Source: an uncultured delta proteobacterium
Lineage (GTDB): Bacteria > Desulfobacterota > Desulfobaccia > Desulfobaccales > 0-14-0-80-60-11
DNA length: 64,000 bases
NCBI GenBank assembly: GCA_963812015.1
Contig: CAWETI010000002.1
Location: 448,001 to 512,000 of the forward strand
Reading direction: 5' to 3'
Both the position numbers and the translations under genes were made by a program. The first letter of the stretch is position 1. Every line of letters begins with the position of its first letter. Below the pieces are notes generated by a model. That model searched no databases. It was not told the DNA's origin and saw only the letters and a list, made by a program, of their open reading frames with translations. Below are positions 12,367 to 22,986 of the stretch, one piece after another.

Positions 12367-13017
12367 ATGAAGGTCATGGCAATTAACGGCAGCCCCAGAA
12401 AAACCTGGAATACGGCCACCCTGCTCAAAAAAGCTCTTAAAGGAGCTGCCTCTCAGGGTGCTGCAACCGAACTCATCTATCTGTATGATCTCAATTTTAA
12501 GGGGTGCATCAGCTGTTTTGCCTGCAAAACCAAAGGCAGCAAAAGTTACGGCAGGTGTGTCGTCAAGGATGATCTGCGGCCCATCTTTAAAAAAATTGAG
12601 GTGGCCGATGCGCTGATTTTGGGCTCCCCCATCTATTTCGGCATCGTTTCCGGAGAGATGCGATCGTTTATGGAGCGTTTGCTCTTTCCCTATTTCACCT
12701 ATACCGATCCCCCGCAGTCGCTTTTTCTCAAAAATATACCCACCGGGTTTATCTATACGATGGGTGTCACGGAAGAGCAGATGAAAGAATGGGGATATCA
12801 GCAGTTCTTTGATAACAATCAAAGGCTGTTGCAGATGGTGTTCGGCGCTTCAGAGTCTCTCTGCAGTTTTGATACTTACCAGTTCAAGGATTACAGCAAA
12901 GTAGTAGCGGACCGCTTTGATCCGGAGCAGAAGGCCAAGAGGCGCCAGGAGGTCTTTCCCAAGGATTGCGAGAAGGCCTTTGCCATGGGGGCAAGATTTG
13001 TCAAGAAACCCAAATAG
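12367..13017 (+). CDS. Flavodoxin / NADPH-dependent FMN reductase (iron-sulfur flavoprotein-like)
   Basis: INGSPRK..NT, CxxCxxC (GCISCFACK), LGSPIYF. Confidence 0.9.
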   Translation: MKVMAINGSPRKTWNTATLLKKALKGAASQGAATELIYLYDLNFKGCISCFACKTKGSKSYGRCVVKDDLRPIFKKIEVADALILGSPIYFGIVSGEMRSFMERLLFPYFTYTDPPQSLFLKNIPTGFIYTMGVTEEQMKEWGYQQFFDNNQRLLQMVFGASESLCSFDTYQFKDYSKVVADRFDPEQKAKRRQEVFPKDCEKAFAMGARFVKKPK

Positions 13018-13157
13018 ATAATGGGGTTATGGATAAAGGAAGGTGGTCAGATGCTCTTTCAATAAACCTTTTTCGAGCCTTCTCCGATTATGTATATCCT
13101 TAAATAGCGTTGATAGTTTTCTAAATGGGGCTTAGGCTTCAAGGACGTTCCCCCGCT

Positions 13158-13286
13158 GTCGGCTGGCGATCATTGGAAATTGGGCCGATCCAAGGGCCAT
13201 ACGTTGGTGTTTTAGTCATTGCCACCATCAACTTGAACGCCGACTGGCCTTGTACCGTCAGATACCAGAAACAATCAAAGCCGACC
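13158..13286. repeat. Intergenic repeat, diverged partial copy B
   Basis: gtcggctggc...ccatcaacttgaacgcc...taccgtcaga...agccgacc matches the central part of copies A and C. Confidence 0.8.
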
Positions 13287-13318
13287 GGTCGTTTCAGCTT
13301 TCCGATGATCCAAGCATT

Positions 13319-15490
13319 CTACAAACTCAACCTATTCCGCAGATACGTATAGCGCTTTCTCGTCTTGTCATTCCCGATCCCTATGGCCAAGGCCCTTTTG
13401 GAACCCACCATGACCACCAATTTCTTTCCCCTGGTAACCGCCGTATAAATCAGATTGCGCTGCAGGAGCACATAATGTTGGGTCAGAATAGGAATAACCA
13501 CGGCCGGGTATTCGGAGCCCTGGGATTTGTGGATGGAGATGGCGTAGGCCAGGACAACCTCATCCAAGTCGGGGTAATCATATGGCACTTTTTTGCCATC
13601 GAAGTCGATGTTCACTTCCTGGGCCTCAAGGTCAATCCTGCCGATCCTGCCGAGATCACCGTTAAAGACTTCCTTCTCATAATCGTTCTGGATCTGCATG
13701 ACCTTGTCGTTGATCCGGAAATTCTTGCCACCCCGGGATAGACTGTCTGGTCCCGGGTTAAGGGCATTTTGCAGTTCCAGATTGAGGTTTTCCGCCCCAA
13801 CCATCCCTTTGTGCATGGGGGTGAGCACCTGGATGTCGTTAATGGGATCAAACCCAAATCGCTTTGGAAAACGTTCCTTGACCAGCTCCAATATAATGCC
13901 GAGGACTTTTTCAGATTCTTCCTGCTCGATAAAATAAAAATCTGCCAGTTTATGGCCGGAAGGTTTAAATGCAGGCATCAGACCCTGGTTGATCTTGTGG
14001 GCATTAACGATGATCAAGCTCTCCCTGGCTTGGCGGAAGATCTCATTTAATTCCATGACTGGCACGGCCCCGGAGGCAATGATGTCATGGAGTACATTGC
14101 CGGCACCAACCGAGGGCAGCTGATTGACATCACCCACCAGGATAAAGGTAGCCCTGGGTGGAATGGCTTTCAGGAGGTGATGCATCAGGATGGTGTCGAT
14201 CATGGAGGCTTCATCTACAATCAGGAGATCACACCTCAAAGGGGTCTGATCGTTTTTCTGAAAGCCTCCTTTCTGGATACTGTATTCCAGCAAGCGGTGG
14301 ATGGCCTTGGCCTCGTAACCGGTAGCCTCGCTCATCCGTTTCGCGGCTCTGCCCGTAGGAGCAGCCAGCAATAATTTGACCCCACTTTTGACAAAGATTT
14401 TCAGAATGGCATTGACAATGGTCGTTTTCCCGGTGCCAGGCCCGCCGGTGATGACCAAGACTTTATCCGTAACAGCCCGCCTTACTGCGTCTACCTGCTT
14501 GGATGCCAAGGTGATATCCAACTGTTGTTGTACCCATTTGAGTGCCTTGTCGGGGTCGATGGGCCTGATGGACTTTGGGGCGTTAATCAAGGCCTTCAAC
14601 CGGGCGGCGATGTTGGTTTCGCTTAAATGGAATTTTGCCAGGTAAACCGCTTGGTAATCAGCTTTAGATTCCTGCCCCTGAAGGTCATCGATCACTATCT
14701 TTTTCTCTGCATTTAAAGAGGTTAAAGCCCTTGACAGGACCTCCTGGTCAGCCTCCAGGATCTCCTGGCACTTATTGACGAGGGCTTGGAAAGGATAATA
14801 GACATGGCCTTCATCGGCAAGTTGATGGAAAACATAGAGGATGCCTGCTTCCGCTCGGAGTTCTGAGTCTTTGGCAAACCCCAACTTTTCGGCAATTCGG
14901 TCAGCGGTGAGGAAGCCGATGCCAAAAATATCCGTGGCCAGGCGGTAAGGATTCTCTTGAACAACCTCGATGGACTCGTTGCCGTAAGTCTTGAAAATCT
15001 TGGTGGCATAAGCGGAACTGACCCCATGGGACTGGAGGAAGATCATTACCTGGCGGATCTCCTTCTGATCGGCCCAGGCTTTTTTGATCATCTCAATCCG
15101 TTTTCTGCCAATGCCCTCGATTTCAGTGAGCTTTTCGACCTCCAGTTCTATGACGTCAAGGGTCTCTGTCTCGAATTTCTTGACGATCCGCTTGGCCATG
15201 ACCGGCCCGATGCCCTTGATAAGCCCGGACCCCAGATATTTTTCAATGCCAGCCACTGAGGCCGGCACCAGGGATTTGTAATGGACGACCTTGAATTGCT
15301 CACCAAATTTTGGATGATTAGCCCACTCCCCCTGCATCTTTAAAATTTCGCCAGGCATTGGGGCCATGAAGTTCCCCACCACGGTCACCAGATCCCGGCG
15401 GCCATAAACCTTGATCTTGGCGATAGTATAGCCGTTCTCTTCATTGGTATAGGTGATCCTTTCGATTTGGCCCTGGAGGTCGGCGAGCAT
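13319..15490 (-). CDS. recD2: ATP-dependent RecD-like DNA helicase (accessory-region copy)
   Basis: YLGSGLIKGIG HhH, TGGPGTGKTT, VDEASM, HKSQGSEY, YTAVTR; start taken at MLADLQG. Confidence 0.93.
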   Translation of the reverse strand: MLADLQGQIERITYTNEENGYTIAKIKVYGRRDLVTVVGNFMAPMPGEILKMQGEWANHPKFGEQFKVVHYKSLVPASVAGIEKYLGSGLIKGIGPVMAKRIVKKFETETLDVIELEVEKLTEIEGIGRKRIEMIKKAWADQKEIRQVMIFLQSHGVSSAYATKIFKTYGNESIEVVQENPYRLATDIFGIGFLTADRIAEKLGFAKDSELRAEAGILYVFHQLADEGHVYYPFQALVNKCQEILEADQEVLSRALTSLNAEKKIVIDDLQGQESKADYQAVYLAKFHLSETNIAARLKALINAPKSIRPIDPDKALKWVQQQLDITLASKQVDAVRRAVTDKVLVITGGPGTGKTTIVNAILKIFVKSGVKLLLAAPTGRAAKRMSEATGYEAKAIHRLLEYSIQKGGFQKNDQTPLRCDLLIVDEASMIDTILMHHLLKAIPPRATFILVGDVNQLPSVGAGNVLHDIIASGAVPVMELNEIFRQARESLIIVNAHKINQGLMPAFKPSGHKLADFYFIEQEESEKVLGIILELVKERFPKRFGFDPINDIQVLTPMHKGMVGAENLNLELQNALNPGPDSLSRGGKNFRINDKVMQIQNDYEKEVFNGDLGRIGRIDLEAQEVNIDFDGKKVPYDYPDLDEVVLAYAISIHKSQGSEYPAVVIPILTQHYVLLQRNLIYTAVTRGKKLVVMVGSKRALAIGIGNDKTRKRYTYLRNRLSL

Positions 15491-15687
15491 CTTTTCAAAC
15501 CTGTATGTTTGACTGTTATGGGAATACCTATACCATAAAATAGCCTGAGGCAGATGCCGCGATCTGCCCAATTTAAGATAGGTCATTAGGCTCAGAGGAG
15601 TTATCTTTTCCTGCTCAATCTGTTATATTCCCAGGCGGTCACCACTTAGCTCTAGCCAAACTATTCATGCCGGAAGAGAGGTAAATC

Positions 15688-15975
15688 ATGGCGCTCACCA
15701 AAGATAAATTAGTAATCCGTCTGCAGATTCAACTGGGCTTAACCAAGCCGGAATCTCGTCAGATGGTGGAACGGCTTTTCGGCTTAATAAAAGACACCCT
15801 CACCAATGGAGAAGATTTGCTCGTCAGCGGTTTTGGGAAATTCGTGGTCAGACAGAAATATGAGCGTCGGGGGCGAAACCCTCAAACGAAGGAGAGTCTG
15901 ATCCTGCCAGCGAGGAAGGTTCTGGTGTTTAAGACATCTGGAGTTTTGCGGGAGAGGATCAACGAAGGTTCTTAA
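15688..15975 (+). CDS. Integration host factor alpha-like histone-like protein
   Basis: MALTK, SGFGKF, RRGRNPQT. Confidence 0.9.
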   Translation: MALTKDKLVIRLQIQLGLTKPESRQMVERLFGLIKDTLTNGEDLLVSGFGKFVVRQKYERRGRNPQTKESLILPARKVLVFKTSGVLRERINEGS

Positions 15976-16019
15976 ATCTCCATAATTTTCCCTGAAGTGG
16001 TGCCCCGTAGATTGCTAAA

Positions 16020-16231
16020 AGGCCCTGAAACGACTCCCAAAGGCATCAAGAACCCTCAACCCTACCCTGACCATGAGTCGGCGGGCGATCGTTAAAATTT
16101 AGGCCAAAAAAAGGACCGTACCTGGTGTTTTTGGCCACTGCCGCCATCAACCTGAACGCCGCCTATCCCTAAACCGTCAGAAACCAGAATAAATATTGAA
16201 GCCAACCTAAAGGGGACCAGGTTTAGTGTGG
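16020..16231. repeat. Intergenic ~210 bp repeat, copy C
   Basis: Direct-repeat partner of 9908-10120. Confidence 0.9.
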
Positions 16232-16656
16232 AACTATGAGCGCATGACCCGTTTTGATATGGCGATCATATCTTCATCTCTCTGGAATTTTTGAGAAGCT
16301 TTGCTAGTGGCAAGCTAGCTTCTATCTTTACTTCCCCTTTTCCTACGCGAGATTATCGTCTTGTATAAGCATATAAGGGGTTGAGACATTGGCTCATACC
16401 TTTGCCCGCTATTAATATGTGCATGTCGCCTAAGCTTTTCCTCCGGTGCACGATTACCGGCCGAATGCTGGCCATGTCTTCTATGCCTGGAATTTTTAGA
16501 AAAAGTGATTACAGTTAATCTGCCTCCCAGAGAAGGACTCCCTTGGCAAAGAGGATCGTTTTAGCGTTTAGATTTGGAGAGAGAGGTCTACAAAATCATT
16601 TTTTAACTGCGGTGACTAAATCTGCCGCATAATATCGCACTATAAGGAGATGAGCA

Positions 16657-17124
16657 ATGAAAAGATTATTGTTTATAGCTTTTATGTTTTTATTATTAAA
16701 TATATTGCCTCCTTTCCAACTCGCAGCTACGGAATTTTCAAGCGGCGGGACCATTTTTGTCCCTGTGTATCGGGGGTTCTATCAATTTTACGGTTCTACA
16801 AGGGATTCTTATGCCCTCACTGGTACCGCCTTTTTCTATAATATCGATGCCAAACAGGCAATTGAAGTTCTTTCCATCGATTTTTATGACTCGTCGGGTA
16901 AACTGCTTAAAAAATTGCTCGATGGCTCCCTCTTGATCAGACCCCAAAATAGTAGGGAGATTACTATCGAACCCAGGACTGAGCCAGAGGAATGCGGAGC
17001 CCACCTCATAGTTCGCTGGAAATCAGACCAACCTGCTAATACCCCCATGGTAGAAGTGTTAATGGTGGGACAAGTGTTGAATCGCGGCGTTTCTTTTTTA
17101 ACCCGAGGCTACGAGCTCAAATAA
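16657..17124 (+). CDS. Exported protein, DUF3124-like
   Basis: Signal peptide; GTIFVPVY, DFYDSSGKL, GAHLIVRW, GVSFLTRG pattern. Confidence 0.7.
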   Translation: MKRLLFIAFMFLLLNILPPFQLAATEFSSGGTIFVPVYRGFYQFYGSTRDSYALTGTAFFYNIDAKQAIEVLSIDFYDSSGKLLKKLLDGSLLIRPQNSREITIEPRTEPEECGAHLIVRWKSDQPANTPMVEVLMVGQVLNRGVSFLTRGYELK

Positions 17125-17209
17125 TAATTGGGGTAGTGATTTCGAATGCTAAAAGGGAAATAATTTAATCTTATAAAGCTGTTAAGAATTCAACCTATCC
17201 TTACCATGG

Positions 17210-17519
17210 GTTCCTTGGAGCGTAGGATCTCGCGGCGGGCCTGTTTGGCATCCTCGTTCTAACTTAGGGCCTATCCCTGGCTGCGGCGCAGCTCCTCAGC
17301 GCGCCCTTGCATGGCTTCGGTGGCCTTGAAGCCGCGCCGGCGCTCAAGGGAAAGGGAGTTTACCATCTTGGCGAAGCCGGAGAGGAAAACCAGAATGCTG
17401 GGCAACTTGGCCTCGGATATGACCGGACTTCCTGAATGGCGCCCAGGTAATCGGTCTTTTTGCCCTGATAGCTCCCTGCCATTCCCGCTGGTAACCTGGG
17501 GTTCATCTATCACCGACAT
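17210..17519 (-). pseudogene. Probable remnant of a sensor/signal-transduction gene (coiled-coil linker)
   Basis: Protein-like run VISEAKLPSILVFLSGFAKMVNSLSLERRR continues through in-frame stops into EDAKQARREILRSKE. Confidence 0.35.
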
Positions 17520-17683
17520 CTGAAATCATCCTCTTCACAGATGTCCACGCCAGATAAGAAGATCATATCTGCAGTTTTCTCTGGCTCGGGAATAAGTGAA
17601 GGTCCTGGCAAGGTATATTCACTCGGCAAACAAGGCAGGGCCATGGAGGACTCTGCCTTGTTTGCCTTCGGAGTTAAGAATGG

Positions 17684-17770
17684 TTAACCTTTCCTGAACT
17701 TCCTCCAGCCAGCCAATCCCAGGAGGCCGGAGCCGAAAAGGACGAATCCGGGGGGTAACAGCACGATCTC
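17684..17770 (-). pseudogene. Orphan PEP-CTERM/VPLPA-type sorting tail remnant
   Basis: VLLPPGFVLFGSGLLGLAGWRKFRKG* with no plausible full-length passenger upstream. Confidence 0.6.
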
Positions 17771-18100
17771 GGAGGTTGACTCGGATAGGATCATGACGGA
17801 GCCACTCCACGCGGCGTGCTCGTCCGGCGTGAAGGCCGAGGCCACTGGGGCGACCGGTAACGGCTGTGGTGGGATCAAGGCCCATCCGCGATTGGGCTTT
17901 TAGGGCAAATCCGGGTCCTTAGAGGATTGGAGGTAGAATTGCTTTTCTTCTTCGGCTTGAATTTTTAAATTATCTAAACACCCTTATGTTGAAATAATAA
18001 AAAAGATATCTAATATTAGGAAAGACAATACTTTCTATTATCTCAGCTTTTGTGCCATTTTGCATCCCTGAAGCACCGATCTGAAAAGGAGGGCATGAAG

Positions 18101-20317
18101 ATGCGGTCTGGAAAGCAGTTGTTCCTCGGGTTTACTCTGCTTCTTCTTATACCCCTTTGGTTCACATTCGTCAGCTTAGCCATAACTGATCAACAATATG
18201 AAATCATGGGATTGATTGCGGTTTTAGAAAATCCGAACTCTTCCTATAAAGATAGGGAAGCCGTTATAGACAGATTGCAGGATATTGGCCAACCGGCCGT
18301 TCCTGCCCTCATCAAGGTTCTGAAGAATAAAGATACTAATATCGATCATAGGAGGGCAGCTGCTGGTGCCTTGGGACATATAGGTCCGGCGGCCAAAGAA
18401 GGGATTCCCACACTCATCACAGCCCTGTGGGATAGGGACTCGGGGCTTCGATATAATGCTGCCCTTGCCCTGGGACGAATGGGTCCGGCGGCAAAAGAGG
18501 CAATTCCGGCATTAGTAGCGGCCTTCAAAAATGATTATATAAAGGAACGCGAGGATGTTGCCACTGATCTCTTACAAATAGTGGAATTGGAGAAAAATCT
18601 GAGCAGCGCCGCCTTGAAGGAGAAAATCTCCTTGCTGGAGAATCTCCGAGAAACCATTTTCAAAGACTTCAATGAATCCCCAGAATCCGATGATTACAAA
18701 CAAAAAGAATTGGTGGACAAATTAAACCTGATGCTCAGGACAGTGAAGGCAGAATATGAAATAAAGCCTTCTGTCTTGCGCGAATTGTTTGACGAATACA
18801 AGAGTAAAAGCTGGGCCCGGGCCATGGCCGGTTATGTGGCGTTACTTGTGGTAGTGCTTCCCACATGGCTCCTGCTCTTTTGGCTTAATCCCCTATGGTT
18901 ATATCGGATCAATGAATTGTTATCTCCTCTTAGTATCAAGATTAAGCCTCTTGACCGGCCACTGGGACTAAACCAAATATTAATTCTTTCACCGTTCTAT
19001 TACTGCAACCGGATCCTGGATGCTTGGGTGCAGGACCATCTGAGCAATACGAAGGCAAACTTTGCCGCACTGAAAACCGTCCGGGACAGAGCCGTGCACG
19101 TGCCCGTCCCTGTCACCCTAAACGGCCACATAATGGCCCTGCCATCCCCTAAGGATTTCTGTGAGGTCTTCCGAAAAATTCCGTTCTGTATGCTTATTTG
19201 GGGTGAGGGTGGCTCGGGAAAGACCAGCCTGGCCTGCCAATTGGCCCACTGGGCCTTGGCTGGGGAACCAGAATCAGCCTTAGCCAGACACCCCATGCTT
19301 CCCGTCTTGTTAGAATACGATTTGGGCCAGCATACCCCGCTGGAAGCCATAAGCAAACAGATTGAAATAATGACCGGAGGCGAGAAAATCGCACCATCTT
19401 TGATCGATCACCTGCTCAGGCGGCAGCGCCTCCTGGTGTTCGTGGACCATTATTCGGAAATGAACTTGGAAACTCGGGAGCGCTTACAACCAGGATACGA
19501 TCCCCAACTCCCACTGCACGCTATGATTGTCACTTCACGACAAAAGGAAGAGTTTCGGGGGGTAGTTACCGATACACTCAATCCTTTGCGGATCCGAGGT
19601 AACCGTCTTTCCTCTTTCCTGGAGGCTTATCTAACCCAGCTCGGCAAACGGGAACTCTATGATGACACAGAATTTTTTGCCGCCTGCGGCCGCTTGACCG
19701 AGATGGTGGGCGATCGTAACCTCACCGTCTTGCTGGCCCGGATGTTTGCCGATCAGATGATTGCCACCAAGGAAGATCCTATATTTGAGGGCCTCCCAAA
19801 AAACATCCCCGACCTAATTCTCATTTACCTGAATTGGATAAACCGTCACGAATCTGACAAAAATCCGGGAAATAGGACGGTTCAGCGTATCGCCAAGGCC
19901 ATCTCCTGGGTGAGTCTTGAGCCTACCTTCCGGCCCACAGATGCCAACCTAGCTGCCATTCACACCGCCCTGGCTGATGAACCGAACCTGGACCAGAAAT
20001 TGGACTACCTCAGCCGCGACCTGGGGATTTTCCAGATTGTCGGTCCGTCTGAAGACAAGGTCCGAGTTTCCCTAGACCCCGTGGCCGAGTATTTGGCTGG
20101 CCTATGCCTGTTGGAATTGTATGGCGCCGAGGAGGCACAGTGGCGGGCGTTTCTGGAGGCGGCTGATAACAAGGAAGGCGCCCCCAAATCTATAGAAGGT
20201 TTTCTGCTTGCCTTGCGGGATTGCTGTTTGGCCAAAGGCGAAGACTACAATGTTCCCGGATTTGTGGAGCATGAACTGGCTCAAAAGGCAGGCATTCTTG
20301 ATAGCAAAACCGGCTAA
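18101..20317 (+). CDS. Signal peptide + HEAT repeats + TM helix + NACHT/STAND-like P-loop NTPase
   Basis: AAGALGHIGPAAKEGIPTL and AALALGRMGPAAKEAIPAL repeats; TM VALLVVVLPTWLLLFWL; Walker A GEGGSGKT; Walker B LLVFVD. Confidence 0.8.
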   Translation: MRSGKQLFLGFTLLLLIPLWFTFVSLAITDQQYEIMGLIAVLENPNSSYKDREAVIDRLQDIGQPAVPALIKVLKNKDTNIDHRRAAAGALGHIGPAAKEGIPTLITALWDRDSGLRYNAALALGRMGPAAKEAIPALVAAFKNDYIKEREDVATDLLQIVELEKNLSSAALKEKISLLENLRETIFKDFNESPESDDYKQKELVDKLNLMLRTVKAEYEIKPSVLRELFDEYKSKSWARAMAGYVALLVVVLPTWLLLFWLNPLWLYRINELLSPLSIKIKPLDRPLGLNQILILSPFYYCNRILDAWVQDHLSNTKANFAALKTVRDRAVHVPVPVTLNGHIMALPSPKDFCEVFRKIPFCMLIWGEGGSGKTSLACQLAHWALAGEPESALARHPMLPVLLEYDLGQHTPLEAISKQIEIMTGGEKIAPSLIDHLLRRQRLLVFVDHYSEMNLETRERLQPGYDPQLPLHAMIVTSRQKEEFRGVVTDTLNPLRIRGNRLSSFLEAYLTQLGKRELYDDTEFFAACGRLTEMVGDRNLTVLLARMFADQMIATKEDPIFEGLPKNIPDLILIYLNWINRHESDKNPGNRTVQRIAKAISWVSLEPTFRPTDANLAAIHTALADEPNLDQKLDYLSRDLGIFQIVGPSEDKVRVSLDPVAEYLAGLCLLELYGAEEAQWRAFLEAADNKEGAPKSIEGFLLALRDCCLAKGEDYNVPGFVEHELAQKAGILDSKTG

Positions 20318-21228
20318 TTTCGACTAAGTCCCATAGCGAAGCGAAGTACTGCTATAAATCAACTACTCTCAAATCCATGAAAGTGCTTTGATATCTGTAT
20401 GATATCTAAACATTGAACTATTTCAACTGCCGGAGTTCCATTTCTAAATGACAGTGAAACAACCCTCAAAGTCTTGAAGACCCCCCTTACTCCGACCATC
20501 TGGTAGTTTTTGCCAAGGTATGAACCGTTTTTAGCCCCGATTTTGAACGATAAGTCCCCAGCCCTGCTCTTACCATTCACCCGCCCATGAGCTCCCAAAT
20601 TAGGCCAATTTGAAGGCCCATACGTGGACAAATCTGAAATAAAATTTCCAAGGTCGAAAATGCAAAAGCCGATTTCCAGGTACCCCTCTGCAAAAGGCAC
20701 TCCCCCCGCACCTAAAAACTAAACTTCCTGCTTGGGCTCCTGGATGGATATTGGGCCCCATCTCTGGGACCCCTTTCAGATGCGTGCCCCCACCCCCCAA
20801 AGAGGGAGGTGATTGCCTGGATACTCGATCGCATGAGACCAGGCGCCCTGTATGCGTAGAGAGTTAGCTACAGGCAGCTGATGCAGGGTAGATAATGCGG
20901 CCAAGTCCGTGAGGCAGGTAAAAACATCGGGGGGAGTTGTAGGCGACTCCTGAGGCTATCAAGCCAAATCATCCGCCTATCGTCCTATCCCGCCAACCGA
21001 CAGGGAACCCCGCTATGGGGATCACAACCCTCTGCTTCGGGGATAATGGACGTTAAATTGATGGGCTGAGAGCTGCGTGCAACGAATAGTGATGAGTTCT
21101 GGACCCTTAGGTCCAGCAATTTGCCGGTGCTCAGGTACCGGAAGTAACCAGCAACCGGTCTGATGACGGGAGGAGGGCTGGCCCGGCCCTCCTCAAGCGT
21201 AATTCCCTACTGAAAGGAGGTGATTCTC

Positions 21229-21567
21229 ATGTTGAAGAACGTAGAGAAGGCGTGCTCTTGGGCAGTTTCTCAGGTCGAGGCCGGGATTGACTGGGTCAGG
21301 GATAACTGGCCGGCGATTACCGCCAAGGCCGAGGAGATGATCCGGAGGGCTTACGAAGTGGCGATGACTCAAATTCGTCAAATCGTGGTGGCCTTCGAAA
21401 GGGGTTTGGTGATCGGTATTGAGACCGTGGAAAGACGGCAGTCGATGCCCTTCGATCAGGCCCTGGCCGAGGCGAAGTCCGTGGTCAAGGCCATGACCGA
21501 CGAGCAGGTATGCGCCTATACCGCCCACTGGTTTTGTCAGGAGCCGGACCGCGCTATCGCCGTGTAA
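21229..21567 (+). CDS. Hypothetical protein (mobile-element type)
   Basis: Strong SD aaggaggtga; followed by terminator. Confidence 0.7.
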   Translation: MLKNVEKACSWAVSQVEAGIDWVRDNWPAITAKAEEMIRRAYEVAMTQIRQIVVAFERGLVIGIETVERRQSMPFDQALAEAKSVVKAMTDEQVCAYTAHWFCQEPDRAIAV

Positions 21568-21658
21568 GTGTCGGAATGGTGCTGAACGCCATGCTGCATT
21601 TGTCGATGGTCATGTGCCAAGATTATGCGTTTGGCCGTCGTAGCAATGGTAGTTAGCA

Positions 21659-21707
21659 GAGATCGGCCTCTATAACCCTGGGCCGGGGTTATGGGGCCGA
21701 TCTTTTT
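21659..21707 (+). terminator. Intrinsic terminator
   Basis: gatcggcctctataaccc/gggttatggggccgatc hairpin followed by T-run. Confidence 0.75.
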
Positions 21708-22163
21708 GGCTATCCCGTCACCTGCAGATGACGGAGGGAAGAAATTTGCTGTTGCAGGATGACTTGGACTTTCCGGGAAGCCGAAGATTCCCGGCAGCCG
21801 TGTTTATGGCGTTCATGGACTCCGCCGAAGTATTCAGGCCCCCATAGGTCTTAATCGCCAGGATGACTTTGCTGGTACCAAGTATTCCGGTACGTGGACT
21901 GTGATTGACGGCTTAACTCCGCTGATCTCCGGCTTGGCTGATTTTGTCGGAGGAATGGCCGCTGCCCTTGATTAACTCGGCAAGGAGGGGTTGGCCCGAC
22001 CACCACCTCAGTTAGGGGTTGTATGCAACCCGCCCGGCATGTCTTTCATCCAGCACCCAAGACCTTCACACCACCAAGTTCAGACATCAAACGAAGCGTC
22101 TGCCGGACCCTATAAAAACCTGGGCTTTTCTCAATAGGTAAATTCATAAAAGGAGAAGACCAT

Positions 22164-22481
22164 ATGTTTAATTGGTGTGTGTTCATCGGCGTCGTCTGCG
22201 GTGATGTGGACTTGGCCCGCGACAGGGATGGTCATATCCGCATCACCTTTCAGCTGGCCATCCAATTTTTGGATAAACCAGTCGGCAAGATTGAGGTCCT
22301 CGGTTCCAACCACTTGACCTTCCTGGCCGCCAAGTATCTGCGGTTAGGCGACCGGGTGGCGGTAATGGGCTTTCTGTCCATGAGGGAGTGGCAAAGCGAT
22401 GCAGGGGAATGGCACAACGATGCCACGCTGACCGCTATGGACCTGGAACTGATCAAGGGGGACGATCACAACCAGGGATAA
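22164..22481 (+). CDS. Short single-stranded DNA-binding protein-like (OB fold)
   Basis: MFN..FIG, AAKYLRLGDRVAVMGFLSMREWQSDAGE resembles SSB core; SD aaggag. Confidence 0.75.
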   Translation: MFNWCVFIGVVCGDVDLARDRDGHIRITFQLAIQFLDKPVGKIEVLGSNHLTFLAAKYLRLGDRVAVMGFLSMREWQSDAGEWHNDATLTAMDLELIKGDDHNQG

Positions 22482-22841
22482 GGCAGGCCCAAGCGGGGCA
22501 AGGAGGAACACTATGTTGGCGCCCCGGGTTGGACCCGATCCGGGGCGAATTACCTAAAACCTGAGAGGAGGAGAATCATTGGCACAGCGTACCATCAGAT
22601 TTAATCCATCATGGCGGGCACGGCAGACTAAGCCACGCCCAAGACTAAACCTGCAACAGCGTCAGTCGCACCCGGGAGACCGGAAACCCTGTCCAGGGTG
22701 CCCCGGGACCGAAAGGAGGAAATCCGCCAGGTGGCCCTGAGGCGAGGCCTGCAACTTGAGGCGCCGGAGCATCATGCCATGGAGGCCTAACCCGCCCATC
22801 AGATGAACTGTCTGTTTCTCTTGATGGCGGTACAAGATGTT

Positions 22842-22874
22842 AGGGGGCGGCGAAATTGACGCCGCCCCTTTTTT
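22842..22874 (+). terminator. Intrinsic terminator
   Basis: ggggcggcg/cgccgcccc stem followed by T6. Confidence 0.8.
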
Positions 22875-22986
22875 GTCGGGTACGCCCGGGGCTATTGCAA
22901 AGAGGTCGGGGCGGGCTCAAGGTCCATGGAGTTGTCTTTTGTGGGCTGGGCAAAGATTTTAAATTTACAAGAGAAGGAGTGACACC

